Source of the DNA: an uncultured Acidimicrobiales bacterium
GTDB lineage: Bacteria > Actinomycetota > Acidimicrobiia > Acidimicrobiales > UBA10347
DNA: 64,000 bases
Direction: 5' to 3'
Assembly (NCBI GenBank): GCA_943788915.1
Contig: CALSSD010000004.1
Location: 124,001-188,000 of the forward strand
Every line of letters starts with the position of its first letter. Position 1 is the first letter of the stretch. Position numbers and translations under genes: made by a program. The notes beneath the pieces are model-generated. The model saw only the letters and a program-made list of their open reading frames with translations. It did no database searches and was not told the origin of the DNA. Shown one piece after another: positions 20,210 through 29,474 of this stretch.

Positions 20210-20312
20210 CGGGAATGAATGGGAAAATCCGTTCCCACCGCATAGATATGCGGTTTCCCACGGGCACATATGGATGGGAAGTAGTTGGGAACCTGGTGGA
20301 AACAGGTGGGAA
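20210..20312 (+). promoter_or_regulatory. Cluster of TGGGAA-type repeats upstream of an HTH gene (putative binding array)
   Basis: TGGGAA 20275, TGGGAA 20286, TGGAAA 20297, TGGGAA 20307; also CGGGAA 20210, TGGGAA 20220, TTCCCA 20232 and 20255. Confidence 0.6.
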
Positions 20313-20365
20313 TCAGTCGGCGACGATGGTCGACATCACTACCGAATGCCCAGGAGGGCCACCCC

Positions 20366-20566
20366 ATGACAGACACGCTGAACGCCACTCGTACCTCGAT
20401 TGATATGTACACCCCAGCCCAGACCTGCGATCAGCTTGTGGTGTCCGAAGCGGCACTTCTCGACCTGGTCAATAGCGGACGGCTCGGGGCGCACAACCTC
20501 GGTGGGAACATTCGGTTCAAGGTTGCCGATGTTCATGCCACCGCCGCCGAGCTTGCGGCCGCCTGA
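20366..20566 (+). CDS. Small excisionase/BldC-like (HTH_17) DNA-binding protein
   Basis: MYTPAQTCDQLVVSEAALLDLVNSGRLGAHNLGGNIRFKVADV fits the Xis/MerR-type winged HTH pattern; RBS AGGAGG. Confidence 0.75.
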   Translation: MTDTLNATRTSIDMYTPAQTCDQLVVSEAALLDLVNSGRLGAHNLGGNIRFKVADVHATAAELAAA

Positions 20567-20615
20567 CCAGCTACCGCCGAGTAGACCCCATCAGCAATCT
20601 CGACCCACCCAGATC

Positions 20616-20646
20616 AAGCCGGCCCTTCCCCCGGGGGCCGGCTTTT
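20616..20646 (+). terminator. Intrinsic terminator
   Basis: AAGCCGGCCC-TTCCCCGG-GGGCCGGCTTTT hairpin plus T tract after the HTH gene. Confidence 0.75.
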
Positions 20647-20724
20647 GGGTGTCGTCACTCTCGTTGCCGGGCCATCCAACAGCGGCTCTCGTACCGCTGG
20701 CGTCGGCGTGCGAGACTGGTGTCT

Positions 20725-21468
20725 ATGACTGCGATCGATACAACGGTGATGAGCACTGTCGAGATTGAGGCCGAACGGCTTCGACGTAAACGCGAAGTTG
20801 CCTTGGGGTATCGCATCTTCGCCAGCCTCCGGTGGGGCGACTTGGGCGATGGACACATCACCGCCCGCGACCCCGAACACACCGACTGCATGTGGCTGCT
20901 CAGATATCCAGTCGGCTTCGAACGGGCCACCATCGACGACCTTGTCCTGGTACGAGCCGACGGCACGACACTCGATGGGCGGCCGATCAACGAGACGGCG
21001 TACCACATCCATCATCCAATCCACGAGGCTCGCCCCGACGTGGTCGGCGTCGCCCACACTCACACCCCGTGGGGCACCCCGTTCTGCGCCACCGGGAGAG
21101 GTTTGGAACCCATCACACAAGAGGCATGTCAGTTCCATGACCGGTGGGCGTACTTCGACGACGAAGAAGTCCAGGTGCTTGGCCTGGCTGGCGGTGAACG
21201 TATCGCCGAGTCTCTAGGCCTGAATCAGGCCATGCTGCTGCGAAGCCATGGCCTGCTCACCACCGGTACCTCGGTTGCCGAAACGATTGCCGCGTTCGTG
21301 ACACTCGAGCGGGTCACCGAAGCCCATATGAAGGTGCCCGATGCCGAGCCGATCTCCGAAGAATCGGCCCGCATCGCACGCGAAGACCTGCTGGGCAAAC
21401 GAGCGCAAGAACTGGCCTTCCAGTTCCTGGTACAACGCCACGTCGGCGACCCCAGCGTCGTCGGCTAG
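20725..21468 (+). CDS. Class II aldolase/adducin family protein
   Basis: GHITARDP, IHHPIHEARPDV, AHTH, LLRSHGLLT. Confidence 0.9.
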   Translation: MTAIDTTVMSTVEIEAERLRRKREVALGYRIFASLRWGDLGDGHITARDPEHTDCMWLLRYPVGFERATIDDLVLVRADGTTLDGRPINETAYHIHHPIHEARPDVVGVAHTHTPWGTPFCATGRGLEPITQEACQFHDRWAYFDDEEVQVLGLAGGERIAESLGLNQAMLLRSHGLLTTGTSVAETIAAFVTLERVTEAHMKVPDAEPISEESARIAREDLLGKRAQELAFQFLVQRHVGDPSVVG

Positions 21469-21565
21469 GGGTAGTTCGCATTGCTCGCCTTGGGGCTCGC
21501 AATGCTGTTTTGGGGTTTCCGGGTCTACGGTCCCGGACCGCTTCGCTATCGTGGGGTAGTTCGCA
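21468..21565. repeat. Intergenic repeat family D, copy 1
   Basis: Contains the CGGTCCCGGACCG palindrome, bounded by direct repeats GGGGTAGTTCGCA; matches 26031-26085. Confidence 0.75.
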
Positions 21566-21571
21566 GCTTGG

Positions 21572-21877
21572 TTAGAGGTCCATGCCCTTGGCTACGACGG
21601 GCTCGAGCTTGTGGACCTCGGGTGCGCCAGCCATGAATGCGCCGATGGCCCGCATAGCAGTCTTCATGCCGTCGCCCTTGCCGTGGACCTCGATGGCGGC
21701 CTGATCGGTGTAAAGCTCGAAGAACCAATAGTTGTTGTCGGCGCCCTTGTGGGCTGAGTAGATCTCAAGGCCAGCTTCTTCGTTGCTCGCAGTGATCATG
21801 TCGGCCAGAGCGGCTTCGAATCCTTCGTTCTGGCCTTCGGCACACGGGAGTTTTGCGATGAGTGAGATTTTTGACAT
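21572..21877 (-). CDS. ABM family / putative quinol monooxygenase
   Basis: 101 aa; IAKL, EEAGLEIY, FFELYTDQAAIEVH. Confidence 0.85.
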   Translation of the reverse strand: MSKISLIAKLPCAEGQNEGFEAALADMITASNEEAGLEIYSAHKGADNNYWFFELYTDQAAIEVHGKGDGMKTAMRAIGAFMAGAPEVHKLEPVVAKGMDL

Positions 21878-21922
21878 GCCCTCAACGTAGTCCCGAACCT
21901 GCCAACAGAAGAAGGCGGAACA

Positions 21923-21987
21923 GCGGCGCGTGGTCTACGCGACTGACGGGCCGGGCCGTCGAAAGTTGGGGTGACACCACGTACCGC
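21923..21987. other. Candidate structured RNA/DNA element between divergent ABM and sulP genes
   Basis: GCGGCGCGTGGT pairs with ACCACGTACCGC and encloses CGACT-GACGG/CCGTC-GAA-AGTTG. Confidence 0.4.
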
Positions 21988-22069
21988 GGTTTGGGTCGGA
22001 AATGCTCGTACACTCCGGCGCTGCGCGCCGCCTGCGGGCTGCGTAACCCCCACCCCCTCGAAGGCTCCC

Positions 22070-23644
22070 ATGTCCTCAATAGTCGATGCGCCCACGGCGC
22101 GCCCCGGTGAGCTGGGCCTTGCCCATTGGCTCTCAGATCCAAAGACAAACCTCATGTCCGGGCTTGTCGTGGCGCTCGCTTTGATTCCCGAGGCGATCTC
22201 ATTCTCGATCATCGCCGGTGTCGACCCCAAAGTCGGCCTGTACGCCTCGTTCTCGATCGCCATCATCATCTCGATCGCCGGCGGACGTCCCGGCATGATC
22301 TCGGCAGCTACCGGTGCCATGGCACTTGTGGTGGTGTCACTAGTCGCCGACTACGGCCTCGGCCACCTCTTTGCGGCCACGATTCTGTGCGGGCTCATCC
22401 AGGTTCTCTTTGGAGTCCTGCGGGTTGGCTCACTCATGCGTTTCGTGCCTCGTACGGTCATGCTCGGCTTTGTGAACGCGTTGGCCATTCTGATCTTCCT
22501 CGCCCAGCTACCAGCGATCATGTTGGACAAAGAATTTGACGAAGACGCCGGGTTCTTCTCGCAGCTGTCGACCATCTTCTCGAACGACGATGGTCTTGGC
22601 AGCAAACGCCTGCTCAATCTGTTGTTCATCGCCGTTGGCTTGTTCGTCATCTACATGCTGCCCCGACTGACGAAAATTGTTCCCTCACCTCTCGTGGCGA
22701 TTATTGCTTTGACCGCGGTTGCGTACGCAATGAACCTCGATTTGCCAACGGTGGGCGATGAGGGAGAGCTGCCGAGTGCCCTACCGTGGGTTGCGCTTCC
22801 CGACGTACCACTCACTTTCGAGACGCTGCAGATCATCTTCCCGTATGCCCTCACGCTTGCCCTTGTTGGCTTGCTTGAGTCGCTGCTCACGGCGCAGATG
22901 CTCGACGATATGACTGACACTGACTCTGACAAGAACCTCGAAGCGCGTGGTCAGGGAGTTGCGAACGTCGCCACCGGATTCTTCGGCGGAATGGCTGGCT
23001 GCGCAATGATTGGCCAGTCGATGATCAACCACTCACAGGGTGGTCGTACTCGGCTCTCGACGCTCGCATCGGGTGTCTTCCTCCTGGTCCTGATCCTGGT
23101 ACTTGGCGACGTCGTCGCTGTGATTCCAATGGCGGCGCTCGTTGCCGTGATGATCATGGTTTCAATCGGCACCTTCAACTGGCGAAGCATCGGTCCCGAT
23201 GCACTCAGGACTATGCCTCGCACAGAGACAGCAGTGATGCTCGCAACCGTGACCGTGGTTGTCCTCACCCACAATCTCGCCTGGGGCGTCGGTGCTGGCA
23301 TCTTGTTGTCGGCAATCTTCTTCGTTCGCCACGTCTCGCACGTCGTGCGAGTCACCAGTGTTGTCGACCCTGAAAATCACGAGCGCCTGTACGACGTTCG
23401 TGGCGAGCTTTTCTTCGCCTCGACCAACGACCTGGTTCACTCGTTCGACTACGACGCAGTGAAGATGGAACGAGTCGAGATCGACCTAAGTTATGCCCGT
23501 ATCTGGGACACCAGCGCAGTTGCAGCGCTCGACGCGGTCGTAGCCAAGTTCGCCGAGCGGGGTATCGAAGCCCATCTCATTGGATTGAACCGACACGCCG
23601 AACGTCTGCATTCGAATGCAACCGGCAAGGTCTCCACCCACTGA
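22070..23644 (+). CDS. SulP/SLC26 family anion transporter with STAS domain
   Basis: [50 protein letters not shown]. Confidence 0.93.
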   Translation: MSSIVDAPTARPGELGLAHWLSDPKTNLMSGLVVALALIPEAISFSIIAGVDPKVGLYASFSIAIIISIAGGRPGMISAATGAMALVVVSLVADYGLGHLFAATILCGLIQVLFGVLRVGSLMRFVPRTVMLGFVNALAILIFLAQLPAIMLDKEFDEDAGFFSQLSTIFSNDDGLGSKRLLNLLFIAVGLFVIYMLPRLTKIVPSPLVAIIALTAVAYAMNLDLPTVGDEGELPSALPWVALPDVPLTFETLQIIFPYALTLALVGLLESLLTAQMLDDMTDTDSDKNLEARGQGVANVATGFFGGMAGCAMIGQSMINHSQGGRTRLSTLASGVFLLVLILVLGDVVAVIPMAALVAVMIMVSIGTFNWRSIGPDALRTMPRTETAVMLATVTVVVLTHNLAWGVGAGILLSAIFFVRHVSHVVRVTSVVDPENHERLYDVRGELFFASTNDLVHSFDYDAVKMERVEIDLSYARIWDTSAVAALDAVVAKFAERGIEAHLIGLNRHAERLHSNATGKVSTH

Positions 23645-23702
23645 CCCTAATCACTGCCCTGATCACTCGTGGACGCCCGACGAGTGGTCGTAGTCTGAAC
23701 GG

Positions 23703-24899
23703 GTGACCGAAGCAGTTGCTATTGACGCAGTTACCGCGAGCGCTGCTCGGGCATTGTTGCGGCTTCGTGGTGACACTGCGAGCCGGGCGCTGGCGGAACT
23801 GCTCGTACGTCGATATAACACCCTCGACGATGTTGGCAAGACACGATTCTTCTTCGTGCTGCTCCGCGAGTTCGGTGCTGTACGGGCCGATGTCGATGCC
23901 GCGATTGCGGCGTATCAGAGCGATCCCGGTGAGACCCAACTGGTAGCGCTCGCAGAGGCTTCAGCCTCGCAACGACTGTTGTTGTTCCGTGCTCTAAATA
24001 CTGCATCGGGTGGCATCGCGGTGCTGCTCGACATGCGGACGGTATTACTCGCACACCGCCACGATATGCCTGAGCTTGCACCAGTCGAGCGGGACCTGAA
24101 ATACCTGCTGAGGTCATGGTTCAACCGAGGGTTTCTTCGGCTGCAACAACTTGACTGGACGACACCAGCACACATTCTTGAGAGCCTCATCAGGTACGAA
24201 GCAGTGCACGAGATTCGTGGCTGGGCTGATTTGCGCAGACGGTTAGCACCGGATCGACGGTCGTTTGGTTTCTTCCATCCAGCTCTTCCCGACGAACCGA
24301 TCATCTTTGTCACCGTTGCCTTGACCACCGGCTTGGCCACATCGATCCAGGACGTGATCGATGCTCCGGTAACGCCGGCTCCCGAGGGCGCGGATACGGC
24401 GATCTTCTATTCGATCACCAACTGTCAGACCGGGCTGAGCGGCATCTCTTTCGGCAGTTTCTTGATCAAGCAGGTCACGGAACGGCTCACGGCAGAGGAC
24501 CCTGCCCTCACCACATTCTCAACACTGTCGCCGATTCCCGGGTTTGCGACTTGGTTGGCCGAAAATCATCCCAACGCCGATACCGAGGACCGGCCTTCGA
24601 TGCTGGCACTGTGTGCGATTTACCTGGTCACGGTACGTCGAGGGTCGCTACCGCACGATCCGGTGGCTCGTTTCCATCTTCGTAATGGGGCCCGCATTGA
24701 ACAGATCAACTGGCACGGCGACACCTCGCCCAAGGGCATGACCGAGTCACATGGGCTCCTGGTGAACTATCTGTATTCGGGCCAGGACATCGCCGCAAAC
24801 AACGAGGCACTGACGCTCGATGGTCTCGTCACAGCTTCACCTGCAGTTATTGCAGTACTAGACGACAGTCACCACGCGGCGGTGCGTACCGGTTCCTGA
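23703..24899 (+). CDS. Malonyl-CoA decarboxylase
   Basis: SWFNRGFL, YEAVHEI, FFHP...EPIIFV, FYSITNCQ.GL.GISFG, TLSPIPGF, DPVARFHL.NGA, VNYLY. Confidence 0.93.
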   Translation: MTEAVAIDAVTASAARALLRLRGDTASRALAELLVRRYNTLDDVGKTRFFFVLLREFGAVRADVDAAIAAYQSDPGETQLVALAEASASQRLLLFRALNTASGGIAVLLDMRTVLLAHRHDMPELAPVERDLKYLLRSWFNRGFLRLQQLDWTTPAHILESLIRYEAVHEIRGWADLRRRLAPDRRSFGFFHPALPDEPIIFVTVALTTGLATSIQDVIDAPVTPAPEGADTAIFYSITNCQTGLSGISFGSFLIKQVTERLTAEDPALTTFSTLSPIPGFATWLAENHPNADTEDRPSMLALCAIYLVTVRRGSLPHDPVARFHLRNGARIEQINWHGDTSPKGMTESHGLLVNYLYSGQDIAANNEALTLDGLVTASPAVIAVLDDSHHAAVRTGS

Positions 24900-24929
24900 C
24901 CCGCGACACGAAGATGCCATAGTGGCAGC

Positions 24930-25968
24930 ATGAAAGCTGCGATTCTCCGTGCCGGACAGATGGTTGTCGAGGAGCTTGACGATCTCTCACCAGGCCCCGG
25001 TCAGGTACTCGTGGAGCCAATCGCGTGTGGGATCTGTGGCTCTGACCTGCACACGGTCGATCACGCGCACGATCTGGTGGCCGCCGCAGTTGCGGCTGGT
25101 GTGACAAGTTTTACCGCCGACTTTGACCCGGATCAGGACCTGGTGATGGGTCACGAGTTGTCGTGCCGCATTACCGGACTCGGCGCAGGTGTTTCCGGTA
25201 TCAGCGAAGGCGATGAGTTCGCTGCTATGCCATACCTCGAGACTCCCGACTGGCCGAGTGGTGCCCGGTTACAGCAACCGGTTTCCTGGCGGCTACAGCT
25301 CGCAAATGTTGTTGAGCCCCGAGGCGCTGCTGCCGATTCCGAACGGGCTTGATCCGGTGCTTGCGGCGCTGACTGAACCCATGGCTGTTGGTCTCCATGC
25401 CGTGAATGAATCCTCGATTACCCCTGACCGTATAGCGCTCGTCGTGGGTGCCGGGCCGGTAGGCCTGGCCATCATCGCAGCGTTGGCTGCATCGGGAATC
25501 GAAGCGATCATCGCGGCAGATTTCTCGCCCACCCGGCGACGTGTCGCCGAGCAGATGGGGGCTCACCAAGTCATCGACCCAGCGACCCATTCGATCGTCG
25601 ACGCGTGGCGTGCCGCAGGCGATGGCACCACGCCGCCCGTGATCTATGAAGCGGTCGGGGTCCCCGGCATGATCGACGAACTCATGGCCCAAGCACCGTC
25701 ACGCAGCGAGATCCTGGTTGCCGGTGTATGTATCCCGCCCGACAACTTCCGACCGTCGATCGGCATCTACAAACACTTATCGCTCCGGTTTGTGCTCGGC
25801 TGGTCCCCCGAAGAATTCAGGACGTCACTGCACAACCTGGCCGAAGGTCGCATCGACGGATCGAAGCTCGTGACTGGCCATGTTGGTCTCGACGAAGTAC
25901 CGCAGGCATTCAAGGATCTCGCCGACCCGGAACAGCATGTGAAGATCCTGGTTCGCCCAAACGGGTAG
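24930..25968 (+). pseudogene. Zinc-binding dehydrogenase (MDR family) with a frameshift near 25251
   Basis: CGICGSDLH and MGHE in ORF 24930; PGGY, LTEPMAVG, GAGPVG, KILVRP in ORF 25189; removing one T joins PDGRVVPGY. Confidence 0.85.
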
Positions 25969-25994
25969 TTGTAATAGCCGGGGACTCCGGGTGG

Positions 25995-26085
25995 TCCGCA
26001 TTCTCTACGGTCCCGGACCGCTGCGCTACCTGGGGGTCGCGATGCTGTTTTCGGGTGTCCTGGTCGATGGTCCCGGACCGTTGCG
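25995..26085. repeat. Intergenic repeat family D, copy 2 (two cores 60 bp apart)
   Basis: GGTCCCGGACCG at 26009 and 26069, between convergent genes. Confidence 0.75.
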
Positions 26086-26090
26086 GGAAC

Positions 26091-26753
26091 CTAACCGGGC
26101 AAGACGCCGGGGTGGGCTTCTTCGATGGTGTGCAAGGTCGAGAGGCCGATACGGCCATGGGCGAGCAAGTGATTCACCAAACCCTCGAGTGTTTCGGTGT
26201 TGCGCACGCCTGCTTGTTTCATCCGACCGCGGACTCGTTGCAGGGTGTTATCTACGGTCTTCTCCGACACGCTCCACATCTGGGCAACGTCGGCATAACT
26301 CAGCAGACTGATGGATGAACCGCGGAGTCGGCTGAGCGCGAACGTGGTCAGGTAGATGGTCTCTCGATCAGTGAGCGCTGTCCCGAACTCGACGGTTGCA
26401 TCACCGGGCGCGTCGGGAGTTCGTGCGGAAACCACAGGCTCATCCGCCCGGTAGAGCAACTGATACGGCGTTGGTCCGGCCACAAAGGAGACGGAACCGC
26501 CAGGCATAGGCAACGCACATTCGGTGCCCGGCGGTAGTTCGATACGTGTGCCGTTGGTGCCGAACACCAAAATCTGCGTCGACGAACCCACATTGTGGAG
26601 CCACCACACAAGCCCATTCCAGCGGAACTCACCCGTGACGCGATGCATAAACCGGTTGTCTTCATCGAGCGCGAGTTCTGCATTCCGCCCGAAACTCAGC
26701 GACTCAGTCGCCGAAGACCCGACGCCCGCAAAATCGAGCCACAACGTTGTCAT
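26091..26753 (-). CDS. FHA-like domain plus LuxR/sigma-type HTH protein
   Basis: SFGRNAEL..DNRFMHR, WWLHNVGS; C-terminal LTDRE...SYADVAQMWSVSEKTVDNTLQRVR. Confidence 0.6.
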   Translation of the reverse strand: MTTLWLDFAGVGSSATESLSFGRNAELALDEDNRFMHRVTGEFRWNGLVWWLHNVGSSTQILVFGTNGTRIELPPGTECALPMPGGSVSFVAGPTPYQLLYRADEPVVSARTPDAPGDATVEFGTALTDRETIYLTTFALSRLRGSSISLLSYADVAQMWSVSEKTVDNTLQRVRGRMKQAGVRNTETLEGLVNHLLAHGRIGLSTLHTIEEAHPGVLPG

Positions 26754-26888
26754 TGGTATGGATGGTAGTGGCGAGACAATCTCGGTACCGGTCAATACAA
26801 GGCTGGGGCTAGCTGGGCTACACGAGTCGAGTTGGCTTGGGGAACGACCCCTAACGACTTTTCTTCAGTCGCGAAGCATACTGAAGAC

Positions 26889-28592
26889 ATGCCCTTAGCC
26901 CGTCGCCTCGTCGTGTGTCTCGCACTAGGCATCGCTGGATTGTTGGTTGGATGTAGCAACGATGTATCGATCGAAGCGCCAGATGTGGCTGGGTCGACGG
27001 TCGAGCCGACAAGAGCTCCCGCTTCCACCAACAACGTCTCGGCAGAGGACGTTGACACCACTGTTGATGTCGGCGCGGTGGAGGATCCGATGGTGACCGC
27101 TGTTCCCGTGCGGAGTAACGCTCAGCAGTCGACACCTGAACACGACCAGACATATACGTCGATTCGCGATGTCGACTTCATGAACGAGTTCAGCTACCAC
27201 ACCGGTTTCGATCTGGAGTCTTCGATGTCGACAGTCACCGACGGCTCGTTCGAGAACGGCCAGATTGGCGACGTTGGCTACTACTGGTTCGGCGTCACCG
27301 ATGTGGACTTTGGCGACCTGAACAACGACGGTGCCGACGAAGCCATCGTTACGACCTCGTGGAACGGCGGTGGCTCCGGCTACTTCGACAGTGTGCGGGC
27401 CTTTCGCCTGATCGATGGCGAAGTCCAAGCTGCCGGCACGGTGCTGTTTGGTGATCGGGCAGATGGTGGCGTCTTCGACGCTCGCATCGAAGACGGTGTG
27501 GCGTACGTATGGTCGTTCTCGACCACGTTGGGTGCGTGTTGTCCAAGCGAGATTCGACGGAACACCTTGGTCCTTGGTGAGTACTGGCTCGCTCAGGCAG
27601 ATGCCACACCGACCCAGGCGTGGATCTCTCTCGACTCCTACCGCACCGACCGCGAACTGAAGTTCTTGCCCGGAACAAGCTCGGCGATGGTCGTTATGTA
27701 CGAGTGGGAAAACCAGGGCGCGTTCACCTTTGACGCGGCACAAGGCCAACGATTGACACTGGCACACACCGGTGGGCCGGCAGCAGCAACAATTTCGGTG
27801 ACATCGTTGGTGACCGGCCAGGTGTTTTCTGGGCTTGCAGACGTGGTGCTGCCAGCCGACGGGTTGTACGAGGTGACGATCGCGTTCGACGCAGAACGAG
27901 ACACCAACACCACGTTCGATGTGATCATTGACGACGGTGACCTGGCACCGCCGATCAGCTGGTTGCCTGCGGTTGAACAGCACGTAGTCACCGAGGAGCC
28001 GTATGTCAGCACCTCGCTCGTGTGGCCGGTCTTCTCGTCGGATCAGCCAGGTACAGCCGCGGCGAATGATGCACTGGCGAGTTTCGTGCTCGGGCTCGAC
28101 GACAGCTGGATCGAAGACGTCACCGAGTTCTCCACGCCGCTCGACGACAGCAGCTACGACATCCAGTACGAGGTCACGGTGGCGACCGCCGAGATTGTGG
28201 CGGTGCGATTCGACTTCTACGACTACGTGTGTTGTCGCCCGTACCCAAACTATGGGCCGATCTCGGCGGTGCTCGATCTGGAGGCCGGTCGGTTGCTTCC
28301 GGTTAACGAGATCGTTGACATGAACCGTATTGATGAGATCAATCGTCTCTGGATCACTGAACTCGACAAACAACAACTCCTTGCGGACACCGTCGATGCC
28401 CTACTCACCGATGTGTTCGTGTCTGGACAGCCCGGGTTCGATTCACTGACGCTGCTTCCGCATGGTGTTGAGTTCGGCACGATGCGTAACGGCCTGGGTG
28501 GTGGGTCCCCGGGCACACTCACCGTGGTCGGCTACGACCAGCTTGGGTCCCTGGTGAACCCTGATCTGCTCATTCGGCTCCGGGCCCCGTGA
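26889..28592 (+). CDS. Multidomain lipoprotein with a C-terminal PdaC/RsiV-like region
   Basis: Lipobox LLVGC; GDLNNDGADEA; C-terminal AVRFDFY...PN...LDLEAGRLL.VNEI. Confidence 0.6.
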   Translation: MPLARRLVVCLALGIAGLLVGCSNDVSIEAPDVAGSTVEPTRAPASTNNVSAEDVDTTVDVGAVEDPMVTAVPVRSNAQQSTPEHDQTYTSIRDVDFMNEFSYHTGFDLESSMSTVTDGSFENGQIGDVGYYWFGVTDVDFGDLNNDGADEAIVTTSWNGGGSGYFDSVRAFRLIDGEVQAAGTVLFGDRADGGVFDARIEDGVAYVWSFSTTLGACCPSEIRRNTLVLGEYWLAQADATPTQAWISLDSYRTDRELKFLPGTSSAMVVMYEWENQGAFTFDAAQGQRLTLAHTGGPAAATISVTSLVTGQVFSGLADVVLPADGLYEVTIAFDAERDTNTTFDVIIDDGDLAPPISWLPAVEQHVVTEEPYVSTSLVWPVFSSDQPGTAAANDALASFVLGLDDSWIEDVTEFSTPLDDSSYDIQYEVTVATAEIVAVRFDFYDYVCCRPYPNYGPISAVLDLEAGRLLPVNEIVDMNRIDEINRLWITELDKQQLLADTVDALLTDVFVSGQPGFDSLTLLPHGVEFGTMRNGLGGGSPGTLTVVGYDQLGSLVNPDLLIRLRAP

Positions 28593-28625
28593 AATACCGC
28601 ACCATCTCCTAGTGTTGGACCCGTC

Positions 28626-28855
28626 ATGGCCAAGATTCCCGCAAAACAATCGTCGCGGTTATCACCAACGAATCTGGCGCTGGGCCCCAGACTGGTGGCG
28701 CTGAGGTGCCGCGCTTTTTGTGGCGACCCGCATCATCACAGTGGCTGCCGCTCGGCATCCTCGGAAGCTGGGTAAACGGCGTACTTTGGCCGGTCCTGCT
28801 GGCTTCGATCGTGGCCGGTGGCGGGTTGATGTATCTGAAATCGAAACGGTCCTGA
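28626..28855 (+). pseudogene. Small membrane protein broken by frameshifts
   Basis: MAKIPAKQSSRLSPTNLALG / GAALFVATRII / QWLPLGILGSWVNGVLWPVLLASIVAGGGLMYLKSKRS* in successive frames. Confidence 0.5.
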
Positions 28856-28931
28856 CTCCTGATCTCACCGTTACCGCCGGGGATTTCCCAGGGTTGCTGT
28901 ATTCCCACGCCCGATCGGTCACACTGTGAGC

Positions 28932-29423
28932 GTGAAGAAGTTCCTGGTGACCCAGCAGTTCGAGGCATCGAGCGAGACTGTGCATCAGGCCTATCGCCAA
29001 GAAGGCACCTGGCGATCTTTTGGTGGTCTTCCCTTCGTTGGTGACCCGGTCGTGACATCGTTTCAGGCGAGCGATCCAACCCTGATTGAAACCTCGTACC
29101 GGGTGTCAATCGATCTGCCGCCGTTGGCCACCACGTTCATCGACCCGAAAAAGATGACGTTTGTCGAGGTAACCACGTTGCACACCGACGGCTCAGGCAC
29201 CTTCGTGATTGTGCCCGATCACTACGGCAAACTACTGAAGGCCTCAGGGCGTATCGAGATGGTTCCGTTCGACACCGACCGATGCGAACGGCTGATCCAC
29301 GGGTCGGTCGAGGTAAGCCTGGGGTGGTCGGGAAAGCTGTTCGAAGGACCAGTCGAGGACGCCATCGTTGCCGGACTGAAGCAGGCACTACAGGCTCAAG
29401 CGGACCAGGTATCGGTGCACTGA
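28932..29423 (+). CDS. DUF2505-like (SRPBCC/START-fold) protein
   Basis: Size and pattern (DLPPLATTFI, GSVEVSL..GKLFEG.VEDAI) typical of actinobacterial DUF2505. Confidence 0.6.
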   Translation: MKKFLVTQQFEASSETVHQAYRQEGTWRSFGGLPFVGDPVVTSFQASDPTLIETSYRVSIDLPPLATTFIDPKKMTFVEVTTLHTDGSGTFVIVPDHYGKLLKASGRIEMVPFDTDRCERLIHGSVEVSLGWSGKLFEGPVEDAIVAGLKQALQAQADQVSVH

Positions 29424-29474
29424 TCCGGCCACCATCATGGTCGGCCAGGAATGATCACGAACCACTAGCTGGGC

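Noticed and set aside
20366..20566. Prophage/ICE excisionase marking a mobile island
   Set aside because: No integrase, tRNA, att-like repeats or phage genes nearby
21923..22045. ZMP/ZTP riboswitch (CGCGACTG and GCCGCCTG resemble its motifs)
   Set aside because: The GGCG pseudoknot strand and the CCAC-GGGGAGCG segment are absent, and the downstream gene is unrelated to purine/folate metabolism
21468..26085. CRISPR array from the family D or other repeats
   Set aside because: At most two cores per locus, no regular repeat-spacer series and no cas genes
26925..28376. Long antisense ORFs (e.g. 483 aa here, also 42689-43702 and 56524-57561)
   Set aside because: Shadow frames of GC-rich genes with no motifs; expected from codon bias
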